A stretch of DNA of 64,000 nt, from contig OZ365112.1 in NCBI GenBank assembly GCA_977030845.1, positions 21,390,001 through 21,454,000 of the forward strand, given 5' to 3'. This document shows, piece after piece, positions 11,104 to 23,621 of this stretch (positions are counted from its first letter, which is position 1; each line of letters starts with the position of its first letter). This DNA is from Fimbriosthenelais zetlandica (lineage: Eukaryota). Under the pieces are notes generated by a model that made no database searches, was not told the origin of the DNA, and saw only the letters and a program-made list of their open reading frames with translations. Made by a program: the position numbers and the translations under genes.

Positions 11104-14100
11104 GAGCTTACTCAGTCACAGACTTCAATTCAAGTAAATGGATTATTTTTGCTATGTTATATACAGTTGTGATCGCTGTGCCTCAGAAAATATATGCTTC
11201 ATCAACCGATGGATGGGGCCTTACAAAGGCACTTCTTTGGATAGATGTTGGATGGACTATAATGAATAGAATCATTGAAAATGCGTAACATGGCTTTATT
11301 GCGCCAGGAACCTTGTTTCCCTCGAATCCCTTTTACGAAGTATTTCTGCTCGTGGCCATACCTTCCCATGGTTTTCTGCTGCTCGAGTAATGGAAATATA
11401 TTCGGACATTATAAGCCCTGTAGTATTCTGAAGTTCGCCTGTCCCTATAGGACACTATCTGAAGTGTTAAGGTACCAGACCTAAAAATGAAAGTGCTTTA
11501 TGTCCTCTTGTCAAGTAATCCCAGTAATTCTTGTGAGAATGGCGCTATTCATCTTTTACATCAAAGCATGTATGAATAGATAAGCCTACAGCTTAAATGT
11601 ATATTTCTCCGTTTAAACGTAGAAAGGTTTTTAAATTAATGTTTTTCTTGTGTTCTAAAGCACATGTATTCAAGATTAATGGGCTCAGCCTATAATTATG
11701 TAAGGAGTGATCAACGCAACAGATATGGTACTCTTGCCACAGCCATATAGAAACTGATATGTATGCTTAATAATCAAAAAGGCGTAAGCTGACTTTCAAG
11801 TTGATGTAAGCAAAACGGATAGAAAGTTACACACCGTCCACACCCTCCAGCCTGAGGTACTAGACAAAGCCTTATTAGACTATTCTTAAGTGCCTTTAAA
11901 GATTCAGGCCAATACTATAAGATTGTATTTAAAATGGCATAGCCTATATCAGTGATGATCAATGCACAAAACAGGGTGCGACACCAACTGCATGCAGTAT
12001 GCGTGTACATTGTGCAGCAGTATGCTGTCATTGTATAATAACCGTCCGAGCCTTGTACCAGGCTCTAAATTCGCAGGATAAAGATTTTGAGTATCACTGG
12101 ATGAAATAGACTGTGTTATCGATAGGATATCACTTCTATTACATACACATTCCAGCCTATAACTTATCATGTCTTTCATTATAATGTGGATGGACTGTTC
12201 TCCCATTCTCTCTTGTTCTGTTGCTATCATCTAGGGTTTTATTATAGCTCCTTGCACGCTATCACATGTTCCCTGAGGGGACAATCAAGTCATTCACAGA
12301 TGAACATCTTTGTTCTCTGTGATTTTAATGATAGTCATCTTGATGAATTGTCATATATATCTGGTTTATCTTTTCCACAAAATTGGAATTGTCTCGTTTA
12401 TGTTTCTGACACGAGAGGGCACCACTCCCCATGTACCAAATAGCATCCCTACACTGTAGGGGAGCCACGGGAGGTTTGGTGGCATTTTACTGTTATACAT
12501 GACACACAGGTGTTGAATGGAATGACATTGTAACGCACATTCCAAGGTTTTTGTACAAAAGTTTTGTGCCATGAGATATGCATATATAGCAAAGTAGGTG
12601 CTTGTTTGAATGTTAAATAGTTATTAGACCTTGTTATATTTCTATATGTGGAATGATCTGGATTAAGTAGAGACACCATGCTTTTATGTAAAACATGTCA
12701 AACTTTGGTAAGAAACAATTGTGGCTCTGGTGCAATCTTGATAATCACCATTCCAAAACTTACTACATTCTTTGTTATTGTATGTTAATGTTGTAAAAAT
12801 GTATATAATATACACGGATAGTCGTTTAAGAATTCCTGAAGGGAGATGCTATCTCTTTCAATGGTCCACATGAATGCCTGGTGTGAAATGTCAGTATTAG
12901 ACAAGCATTTTACCATTGCATTCTATATGAGTCCACGTAAATTCACTGTAAATAGCATGGATATATCTGATTCTGCAAAGACGTTGGATGTTGAAAATAA
13001 AATTCTTGACAAATGATTTATTTTGCCTTTGAATCAATTGCTGAAGATGGAATCGTGTGTCGGATGAAACTTCACAAAACAAGGTCCAACATGAAACCAT
13101 GCAGTCGGTGGAGGACGTAGCTGGCTTTGGATACGTACCCCAGCATCATTGGGGGACAATGCCAATGGCAAAATATGCTACTCCTCAGTTTACATGCCAT
13201 CCTTTCCATTGAAAGTTTCGCAAAGAACATTTTTAATATTTATAAACGAGCTAGAACAATGAATATGGACATGGTATTGTGCACTCTAGATGAGTGGAGT
13301 ATTCGGGACCTGTCAGACTATAATGTGGGTCACAAAGACTGCTGCCTATCAATGTGCCTACCAAATAATTATAGCTCGTCCTGATAAGGTTGGATGAGGG
13401 AACGCCTCCCATATCTTACTGACCCTCCCAATTTATATAGAGCGTCCCTGCCTACAACATCTTCAGCTTAATCAACAGTTTATCATCGAGAAGAAGGAGG
13501 TGATATTAGTAACGAGATAGATAAGGGGTCTATGGCACGTGCCACCATGAGATTTAATGAAAACACTGGAAGATCTAGATGCCCCTAAATCCCACACCCT
13601 CAAAATCTCACCAAATTATCTATAGATAATTCTTATATTACTACTTGGAGGATTTGATTTTAGGTACGTGAACTCAATGATTCTCTCTCGAGAAAAAAAG
13701 ACCAAAAATCCCAAGGCACATGCCTAAGCAAAATTCCAACTATAGACCAATAGCCAAGTGTTGTATGTGTCCACCCAATTTTCCAGTTCTCATCGAGGAG
13801 AGAAGCTTGGTGGAATTGACTCAGTGAATGATACATCTGTTAAGCCTTTATATGAGACACACTGGCCTTCCCAAGGCCTCAACATTTGCTTTTGGCGGCC
13901 CCCATCCGGCAGTTGGGCGCCCACAAAGGCTGGCTTCGTATGTGACGGTTAAATAGATGTCAGGGGAGTCGTTAGGTGGAGGAGCAATCAAGTGTCAGTT
14001 TAGAGGGATAAGATCAAGGTGAATGTACTTTTGTTTTGCTAGGAATCTTGACATGTGTTTGGTGAAAGGGGAAGGGATTAGGTGCGGGAGCGACTTGGAT

Positions 14101-15899
14101 GTCATCACTATGGGACGACAGAGACGCCAAATCAGTTTTACTATCAGCAACACGAGTCCCCTGAAAACGGACTCTGAGAAATTGGGAAAATCCATTGGGT
14201 GGTTACCTTTTTGACTCAGGCTTCATGAACACATGGATCGGTTATCCTAAAATATTGGCCAGGAAGCCTTCATTCAGTGAATCATCCAAATTCACGGAGA
14301 AGCCATCAATGAATTAGTGTTACAATCAATTATTCAGAGTGCCCCTTGATCGTGACAAAACAATTTATTTTAATTCCTTTTGATAGCAGAACTGGTTGAT
14401 AATTTCTGAGTGTAGCTGCCTGACATGTCATTTGTGAAACGATAGTAAAATAGAAGCCTGACACAGTTGGGCGGGGTTTTCCCTACAGAGAAAGAGACAC
14501 GGGCCAATTAAGGCCCAACACAATTCCATCATTTGACACACATCAGTTTTATATACCATTGAGTGATCACAATATCCCCATTTCAGTAATGGGTCAATCG
14601 GAGTGATGCAGGCTCCGGGCGGGCTCATGTTTGCCTAGGCTTCGCAACCGAACGATAATAAGGGAGATGCTGACCCCGGATGGCAGGCTAAACAACATTG
14701 TGCAAATTGTTCACGCGTGTAACGATTATAGCCGCGGATATGAGATGGTCAGAGAGGGTCCCCGGGCTAACAGCTAGCATCAAATAGTATTTCTGTATTC
14801 TTCAGTGAGTGGAATTGCCATTGGAGCTGTGGAAGTGATATTCATTGCGCTGGAGAGGAATTGCACCTCTGGGGGCTGTTAGGCGCAGGGGAACAATGGA
14901 TTGTGACTGTTTCAAGCTGGCTTCACTCTCATATACATGACGACCGACGACCACACAGCCTCCCCTCACATTATTCTAGCTAAACGCTGACAATAACATA
15001 CTCCCCATCCACACTCCTCAATTTTTCATACAGACACGAAATTGTGTTTATAAAATAGGAGTTCACATTACCATGAGCAAAAGAGTTCATGAATAATTGA
15101 AATTATGAAATTGCAGACGGGCGAGATAGGGAAAAAAGCATTGGAATAAAAGTTAACGTAAACCTGATTTAAGGACAGCAGCCTAATTTGCTTGAGCCGA
15201 ACCTTAAATCATTTCCTCCTGGTTTGTCCAAGTCAGAGAAAGTCAAAGGGCGTGTTTTTCACCCTGGCTGATGATGGTGAACCCTGCAGTTCTGACAGCA
15301 CAGGACAGGTTCACCAAGACAAGTGGCCTTTATATTGGCTTAGTTTTGACCTCAGCCAGAAACTCCCACCAATATGAGATCACTCTACTTCTCTGATAGA
15401 GAAGTCGTCTACGATGAACATTTTTGTTTTTACGTAGGTTTCAACAAATACTCCAAAAGTAACCAAACCAAGAAGCAGACTTGGGAGGGCCTCGATACAT
15501 TGGCAGAATCATAGCGAGGAAAAACCAATGAGCAGTCAACGATAAGGCCTAGCAAGAGGCTGGAAGGTCTAACCTTCACAGCCCCAAAAATTTCCTGCAA
15601 TAGGGGTTTAGCTCACCCAAACCAAAAGTCTCAAGAAGCAGATTTACCAACTGAATGATCCCAAGATGTTCACCATTGCATTCAAAAGCTTCACCATTCC
15701 ATTTTCAGACGAGGCACCTTTCCCTCTGTTTATTGGAAATGTCCAAAAGCAATCTTCCCTAATAAACTGGAGATTATATATCTCCCAATTTCCACGGTGT
15801 CTGTCAAACCCACTTTTAACATTAATTATATGTGCTTGACGTGATACCCTGCAGTTGTTTGCCCACAAAAAGGCGACATTGTGTACTGTTTTGTCATTT

Positions 15900-16480
15900 T
15901 GCTGACGTGATTTATACAGGGTTGGGTCTGCTCTTTACACGGTCACGTAATGGTGACGCTAATTGACTGAGATGTGAAATAACAGATTGCTACAATTGCA
16001 ACATTTCACAGTCCGTATAGTCCAATCAGAGGGCCTCGCCCTCGACCGAGCTCAGCGTAACAAATTACTGAGCTGTAGGCCTAATTGACTCAGACTAAAA
16101 TGTTCAAACCCCAGCTCACTTTCTGTCTCCTTCCGCTGCTTTGGCATCAATCCCGTTTAACGCCCATCGCAAATTGTATTCATCCGCATAGAGTGGGTGT
16201 TTTCTATCTCGCTGAGGCACGCGTCCACCGTCACAATATCATAACAATGTTTACGCTATCAATAAATTATTACATAAATGTTGTAATGCGCACCGCCTCG
16301 TGGTTGGATTCAAAAATTAATTAGTGCGCTTGCGCGCTCGCTTTGAGCTGGGCTAGGCCAGCACTTCCGGATGGGGACTGATGGCTCTCACGGGACTTCA
16401 CGCTCTCTGCGAGAGTTCGTCGCACTGACAATGACACCGCATGCTGATTGGTCCGCTGGGAACACGTGACTGTTAGCTCA
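15900..16480. promoter_or_regulatory. CpG-rich promoter-like module with no associated CDS
   Basis: CCAAT 16022-16026, NRF1-like TGCGCTTGCGCG 16325-16336, ETS CACTTCCGG 16362-16370, CTGATTGGTC around 16447-16451, E-box CACGTGAC 16463-16470. Confidence 0.5.
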
Positions 16481-17118
16481 ATACGCCACCTCTCGTCCCA
16501 TGCATGAAGCACCACAAAAGCTCAACACTGTGGCAACTTTATCTCAGATTCTCCAAATTATTGCAGCTGGCTCCCCTTTCACAGTGATGTAGGGTCAGAG
16601 ATGAGTTCTATTCCTTTTGCAGGATTCGACCGACGTTGCGTTCAGAATACAGGTCAACAAAATATAAGGCAAGAGTTGCAGTCAATCCCTGAAGAATTTC
16701 CACCAACTCCATCACCAATGTGTCCATGAAATAGGACTAAAAGTGACCCCGACACATGTAAAGCATATTTTGATTTTATAGAATATGAGTAACAGCGTTA
16801 TTCACAGCATGCAATGCAATAAGTATCACAGTGAAAAGAGACGCCATAATATATTAGCTTCATTTTATGAAGTTTTCCCACATATATCCCACGGCAAGAT
16901 ATATGTGGGCGTCGTTGATGTCATGAATCATAATCCAATTGGGCTAAGATGGAACATGTAGCAGGCAATAAATATTATTACAGATTTCCAGCTGTCAAGT
17001 CCAAATAGGAATCAAATGATTCAAATGAGGATCATTGAAGAGAGATGTAAATATTCACACGCTCGTGTCGCCTGGTGACAGGATGATTCAGCCTCCCGGC
17101 ATACCTATCCCCGGAGTT

Positions 17119-17157
17119 AGGTCACTGTCAGGGTCAACCTTCAGGTCATGCGGTTCA
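17119..17157 (+). promoter_or_regulatory. Cluster of four direct-repeat nuclear-receptor half-sites
   Basis: AGGTCA 17119-24, GGGTCA 17131-36, AGGTCA 17143-48, GGTTCA 17152-57 (spacers 6, 6, 3). Confidence 0.5.
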
Positions 17158-20100
17158 AAGTTGCAACTGTGAGTGGAGATGTGGAGAACCTCCATCAAGT
17201 AAATGGATATATATATATATAGATGAAAAATATAATCGGACAATTTCAATTAAATGCATGTGAAGCAATGACAATTGGGGCCCGAAATATTTTTACGTTT
17301 TCAACAGGATTGTTGGTACATTTCTTCCTTTTAATGGAGAAATGGTGAAAATGACTTCCTGATTTCTAAACAAAGTGATAGGAAGTTTTTCTAATTACAG
17401 GGACTATAGCTAACCACAGGATATTTATGTTATCATCGTAAAGAAAGAGCAAATGCCATTAGCTTAATCACACCTCTATTACACTTGGTATGTTCCACCA
17501 CAGCAAGGTACTGCCATCAACCCCCACAGGTTCACCCATTATCGCCCAGTTAGTGTAGCCTGGCATTTCAAGGGGATCAGAAAGATTGAGGTCTGTGCAG
17601 AAGCGTGAAATTGTTCTCATTATTTCAATATATACAGCCATCATGGCGGGCCTTTGGTGGCTGAAGAGAGCTTGATGTAGTTGAGCAGCTCGCGGCCGAG
17701 CAATTTGTAAGTCAGGAAGTAATGAGTGTTAATATGAGAAATACACCATGCAAACTATAGCTGAAAATAAGATGATGGTGGGAAGGTTTGTTTGACACTA
17801 ATCAGTCGAACAAAGTGACTTTCTATCTAGAAATCGTGGACTGTTTTTTAGCCTTTGAGTGGGGTTACATGTACATGTGTTAAGTAATGTAGGTAAATCC
17901 ATCCCACTCGGAGCCGCAGTAATAGGGATGCCATCTGAGTTGGAGAGAGTGATTTGCCTTCTGCTGCCCCTCCTTAACCGCGCCATCATCCCGTCTCCTC
18001 CCCACGCCAATAGGAGGCAATAGCTGAGGTAAATTGATGTCGCCACATCTCGCCCAACTCTCGCCATCCAGGGAACGACTTCCCGTAGCGTGTGAAATAG
18101 CCGTGTCGGAGTGTTGGGATGAGCGTCTTGTTTCCGGCAGCCCCGGAAGGTTCCTTTTAATCGAACCTTTAATACGAGCGATCGATCTCCACTAGTTAAT
18201 TGCTCCTTCACGAGCTGCTCCCGAGCCGTAGGAACAATAATGGCGCCATCATCAGAGTTTAAACAGTTACTCAATATCCCCAGAATGGATGCTCCCACGT
18301 GGTGCGATTAGTGCGCCACTCGCCTGGTCGCCGGGGGCAAAACTGATAGGCATTTAATGACCTATTTGTTTGCCTGATATCAAAATCGATAAATGATTAT
18401 GGGGTAATAAATATCCTTGGGCCAGAGTGGGCAGCATTGAAGGTCCCTCAGTCCCTAAAGGGTGGTCTTCTCTGGCCCCTGAACTTGAGCAGGGGCGGAG
18501 AAGATGGTTTATTTCATCATAAAACGTAATAAAATGTAAAGATGAGATGCTCTTTCACTTTCCCACCAATTGTCTTGGGTGGATAATGGCAGAGGGAGGG
18601 ACTGTGAGAAGGGGAAGAACCACGGGGGTCAGAGAAAGACATTAAGACACAGAAACAGTTTTCCCAAGACCTGTGGGCAGACAAATTACCAGCAGCAGAG
18701 TGATTTTTCGCCTATTTACTCGGAGTCTACTTTTCCAGACCATTGACATTAGTGTTAGAGTCAGCAGAGACCGCACGGTTAGGAAGCTGAAAATAAGACC
18801 AAGAACACAGAGATTGGTGCTATTTACTTGGTTCAGGAAAGCAAATATATTTGTAACATAAGTGATTGATACCGAATCAGAAATAATCTGATAGGCTATA
18901 TCAGCCTGACAAATAAATTGTCAACAGGGCCCTGTGAATTGGCAAAGACAGCGTCCATCTTTTCAACAGTGTCATGAGTAGATGTCCTGATACAAAAATC
19001 TCTTTATGCATGGTCGACAATCAGGATATTATAAATCTTGAGCCATAATTTGCTTTCCCCAGTACTGCAGCCAAGTGGAGTATGGCTCAGTAAATTAAAA
19101 TTGAAAGTCACGATAAAGTTAATTAGATGACAGAGAAAACATCATTAGCCGTCGAGTTATGTCCACTAATTAGCGAGTGGGCGGCAAGGTGTTGTGGTTC
19201 CGTCAGGCCTTCTGGTCGACAAACATGCAACTAGGCCATTAAGTGACGTCACAAGATTACCAACCAATGAGGCGATAAGGTCGGGATGAGGAGCTCACTC
19301 AAATCAACTTTAAAAAAAAGTGGTGTGAAGAATTTGAATGGAGTTGATCAAACTTAATCACGGTGTAGATGGATTGGCATATGACGCTGGCCATTATGGT
19401 GGAGAGCTTGTTAGACTGCCCGCACAAAAAGCTCGTTTCACTCCAGGCCGCCTCTATAGTAGCTCTTTTTTAGAGCTTTGTCTCCCGAGGAATTTTTCTG
19501 TTAAAATTTAATGTTATCAGGAACGGCACAAAGGCCCACACTCGTGATTACATTTACGCGAACACCCTAACAGACACGCAGAATAGCCAGAGAGAAACCC
19601 AACAAGAACTGACATTTTATAAGCTGCATATAGCAATATAAGCATTTGAAAATACGAACAACATACACAGGGTCCTTACTCGATCGTTCCAAATAAATTA
19701 TTGAAAATAGCCAATCCTAAAATTCATTATGGGGAAAACGATAGAAACAATTCCAGACCGAAGTGTAATGTGCCATTCTCTTTCAGTCTGTGGCAATTAT
19801 CACCTTCTGACTTTTGATCTCCCCTGTGTGTCCCGCGTCACATCCCGACACAATAAAGATCCTTTAATTAAGCCCCCTTTTAATGACCTGTCCTTTCCCC
19901 AGTTACACCTAATTGGTCCGCTCCAATTGGTCCCTCAACAATTTTGTTTCCATGGTATCCAGGCCTGAGGTGTTGGGGGTGATTATCTACACTGTTCGAT
20001 CCTCTGCGATTAGCATGGACATTTATTTTGACGGAGCCCTGGCACTGGCTTCTGACGCCATAGATTTTCCTCTGCGTCCAAACGATGTGAAAGGTGCGAG

Positions 20101-23100
20101 AACGAGTCAGGGCTGGAGGTGCGGGTGTGAAACGGCCATTAGCCAGCCTAATAGGACGAGATTTAAGTGGTTACTCACACCTCATAGAGCAATTTAAATT
20201 TCATTACTCTTTTGATTAACGCATCAACAACTTTGTATATTAATGCTTCTAATAATTAAGAGGGATCCAAACATGATACATTCTATATCCAAAGTTGAGA
20301 CCTACTTTCCTTACCAGTAGCCTATGTCGTATATATACAATTTTCAAAACATGCTTAATTATTCTAATCAGCTATTTGAAGTCCTTTTATATCAGGAATC
20401 AAGAAAATGCTGATAGGAATAGTGGAAATACTGATAAGGATTTCAGATGACTAGCTTCGGCCTACCTTCCACCCAGGTCCAATATGTCAGGGGCCACCAT
20501 TTTACGTGACACATCCCAATATCTGGCTTTATGGGCGTGGTCAGGTACCAAATCGAGAAGGGGTACCCGTTGGGACAAAACTGACATCCCAGTAGTTAGC
20601 ATGTGATTGCATTTTGGCGAGAGTTGCTGCCTTATTATCGACCGCGACAATGGCTGTCGACCGAGTGATATTTGGGGGCGGGGTAGGACAGAGATTGGCC
20701 TCTGTAATATTAATGGAGAAATCTGATTTCTTATTTTCCCCTTTCTACAGGTTACCAGGCCGGAAAGTTACAGGATCCCATGCAGTAACAAGTGTGGACA
20801 ATAGGCAGAGGGAATATCTAGATCTTCTGAACTCAATCGGGATGGGGTATAAGTCATGAAGAATGTTATGATGTAGCATTCCTTCATGGAATATCACCTA
20901 AATTTGCATTATTCTTTTTAGAAAAAGGCCATTGAACCCTTATAAAAGTCATGCACTCGAGATCTGTGGGACCTATCCCGACCCGGGAGTGGATACCTAA
21001 ACAATCTCTGCGGCCTGTCTTTGGTGTTGCCGACCTTGGTGTAAATGTTTGTTCTCTGTCACCAGCATCAAAAGGAAAGTTTCACGTATTGTGAAAATAA
21101 GGAAGTGTGCAGAGCTGCTCGGAGCTGAACACTAGAACTACCACTATATCACCCGCTGTCAATCGGTGAAGCATGTACCAATTCTAGCAGCTATAACAGT
21201 ATAATGTAACAAGAACATTCACAATGTATTATCTTGAACACATCACAACAAGAAATGCCGGGAGATTTTCCAGGGCGTCCACTGATATAAGGTCATTAGC
21301 CTGTAATTTGCCTTTAATTTCAGGCCTGTGAATGATGCTCGTACAGGCTTGTTTGGTAAGGTAGAGAGGACCGTACAGTCTGTCATTGTAGCATGGCAGG
21401 GATCATAACTTGCGGAGAGAAGTGAAATCAATCATAACACTAATGGTCGGCCATGATTAGACGGAGGTAAATTGTCTTAGTTATCTCGGCAGTAAACCCT
21501 TCCCGTCTCTTCTCTCCTCACTCGCGCGCCATAATCGGGCTAATTCTGCCCTCTCCAGGCAGTGATATATATCGTTTTAGCGCTGCAAACAAGGAGAATG
21601 AGTATCGCTCATTTGTCAGTGACTTATGGTCGTATTATGGCGACAGCGATTAAGGCTGCCTTACAAATTAATGATTCCATGTCATTCCACCGCTAACGAC
21701 GTCATTCTTCCGCCCATGGTTGCAGGCCACCGTTGACTCTTTGGTCCCCCTTGTCCATCTCATACAAAATGAGTGAAATTACGCGAGGCGCGAGCGACAA
21801 AACACCTAATTTAAGAAGGGCCGCGGGCCTAATGGCCGTCCGGGCAAATTGCATCACATTTATCTATATTAAATCATGCGCACCGTTTTGCGACATACCG
21901 GAAAAGGTTCACGACATCGCGACCCACGTTTGCCGACCCGGACGTCGCGACAGGAAGACGATGTAGCTTGATTGTGCGACCTCTGGCCACGTGGTTGGGG
22001 GAAATGGTTGGGTATTCAGCACAGAGTGATGGTATGATTATATTTTCAGGGTATTTCTGATGAAACATTCAGGATGAATCCCGTCTTTTCCCCCTTTTTT
22101 TTGCATATTGCTTTTACAACTCCATATAGGGGCGGCACAGTCATTATCTCATATGAGGGCATCCTCATAAACTCTCTTCTAATTATTTTGGGCGTGGTAG
22201 AGACGCAATTCAGTTTTTATATCATGTGAAGACTCAAACTAGTAGTTGAGTGACACATTGGGGATAGTTTTGACAAATTGTGACAATCAACTGCCCATAT
22301 TAGCGCAGATCCACTGACTAAACCTATCAGTCCATTTTCCCCACATAATTTGAAAGCATAAAAAGTGGTATCTAATTAAGTGCGTGCATGGTGGCTAAAG
22401 ATTAGCAAATTATTAAACATACAAAATGTATACATGTATATAAAACATCACATTCATTTGCTTATCTTTTGGATACAGAAGGCAACAATGTCTATATAAC
22501 AATGGGAGGCATGGCTGGCCTTTGATGCCCCAGTTAGCAGAACTGGCGAAGAAAGGACAATGGTAAGGGTATAGACAAGGTATATTACATACATGTAATT
22601 TATTGACATGTTTCTGATAAGTGTACGACTAAAGGGCTATATATCAGCATCCTTTGGACTCTCCTCAGCATCACGACATTCCAATATAACCTATATCACC
22701 CTCCTGTTTTCCCCATCAGCCCAATGGCACCTGGTACATGGCTGCTAATCCCCAATAAAGTTCCTGCAGGCCAGAAACCAATGGATTAATCGGGCGCGGC
22801 ACGAAGAAGATAGGCCCGAGCCCCATGGATCCGGTGATTAGACGGGTCTGGGAGCATGTAAAATTGTGTAGATACCAGTGGAGCTGATATCATCTGAGGG
22901 ATGCCGGGTGGCCCCTCATACCACTCTCTATCGTCGGGTCAACGAGTCATTCCTCCCAGTCAACATCAAAGGGCAAGGTCTTCCCCATATTGCTACAAGA
23001 GGATCTGACACACAGATCTCTTACTGCACTGGGGGATAGATACCATTATTACTTCTGGCAAACTATTAAAAATTAGAATCTATTAGATAGGATATCCCAT

Positions 23101-23553
23101 CGTGAATAGATACTTCCAGGAAAGTTGTTGCTATTGCTATGAGCAAATGAACAATCGGTATCAGCAGTTGCAGCGTGAAGTACTTTAGGTGATATCATGA
23201 TACATTTCCCTGCCTCTACTTAATGACAGGACCCTCTATAAAATTGAAGGGATGGGCGAGGGGGGAGGTTTAGGAAGCATGGGACCACTACTGAGATCAC
23301 AAAGACTGGCGACTTTTTGCTATGTGTTTCAGGCATAACTGAGTCTGGTCAAACGATCAGTCAGAGAGAAGAATTCTTGATATTCCTAATGTAAAAGGCG
23401 GGGCGTGAAAACAGATATTTTATCATCATTTATTTCCATAAACCTTAGAGCAGCTTCGTTTGAAGTTTTCCATTCTTTTTTTTCTGTTCATGCTTTTTTG
23501 ATAGTAATGGAAACATATTTTAATTCTTTTTCCGTACACACATATGTCAGATT

Positions 23554-23621
23554 ATCATTTTGGTAATTATTTATGATCTGGAAGATAATCATTTTGGTAA
23601 TTATTTATGATCTGGAAGATA
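23554..23621. repeat. Perfect 34-bp tandem duplication
   Basis: ATCATTTTGGTAATTATTTATGATCTGGAAGATA twice (23554-23587, 23588-23621). Confidence 0.95.

Noticed and set aside
12800-14400. Possible decayed retroelement
   Set aside because: No convincing RT, endonuclease or integrase motifs in the frames I translated.
17798-18298. 166-aa minus-strand ORF
   Set aside because: No recognisable domain or splice context; lies in a GC/CpG-rich enhancer-like block where stops are rarer.
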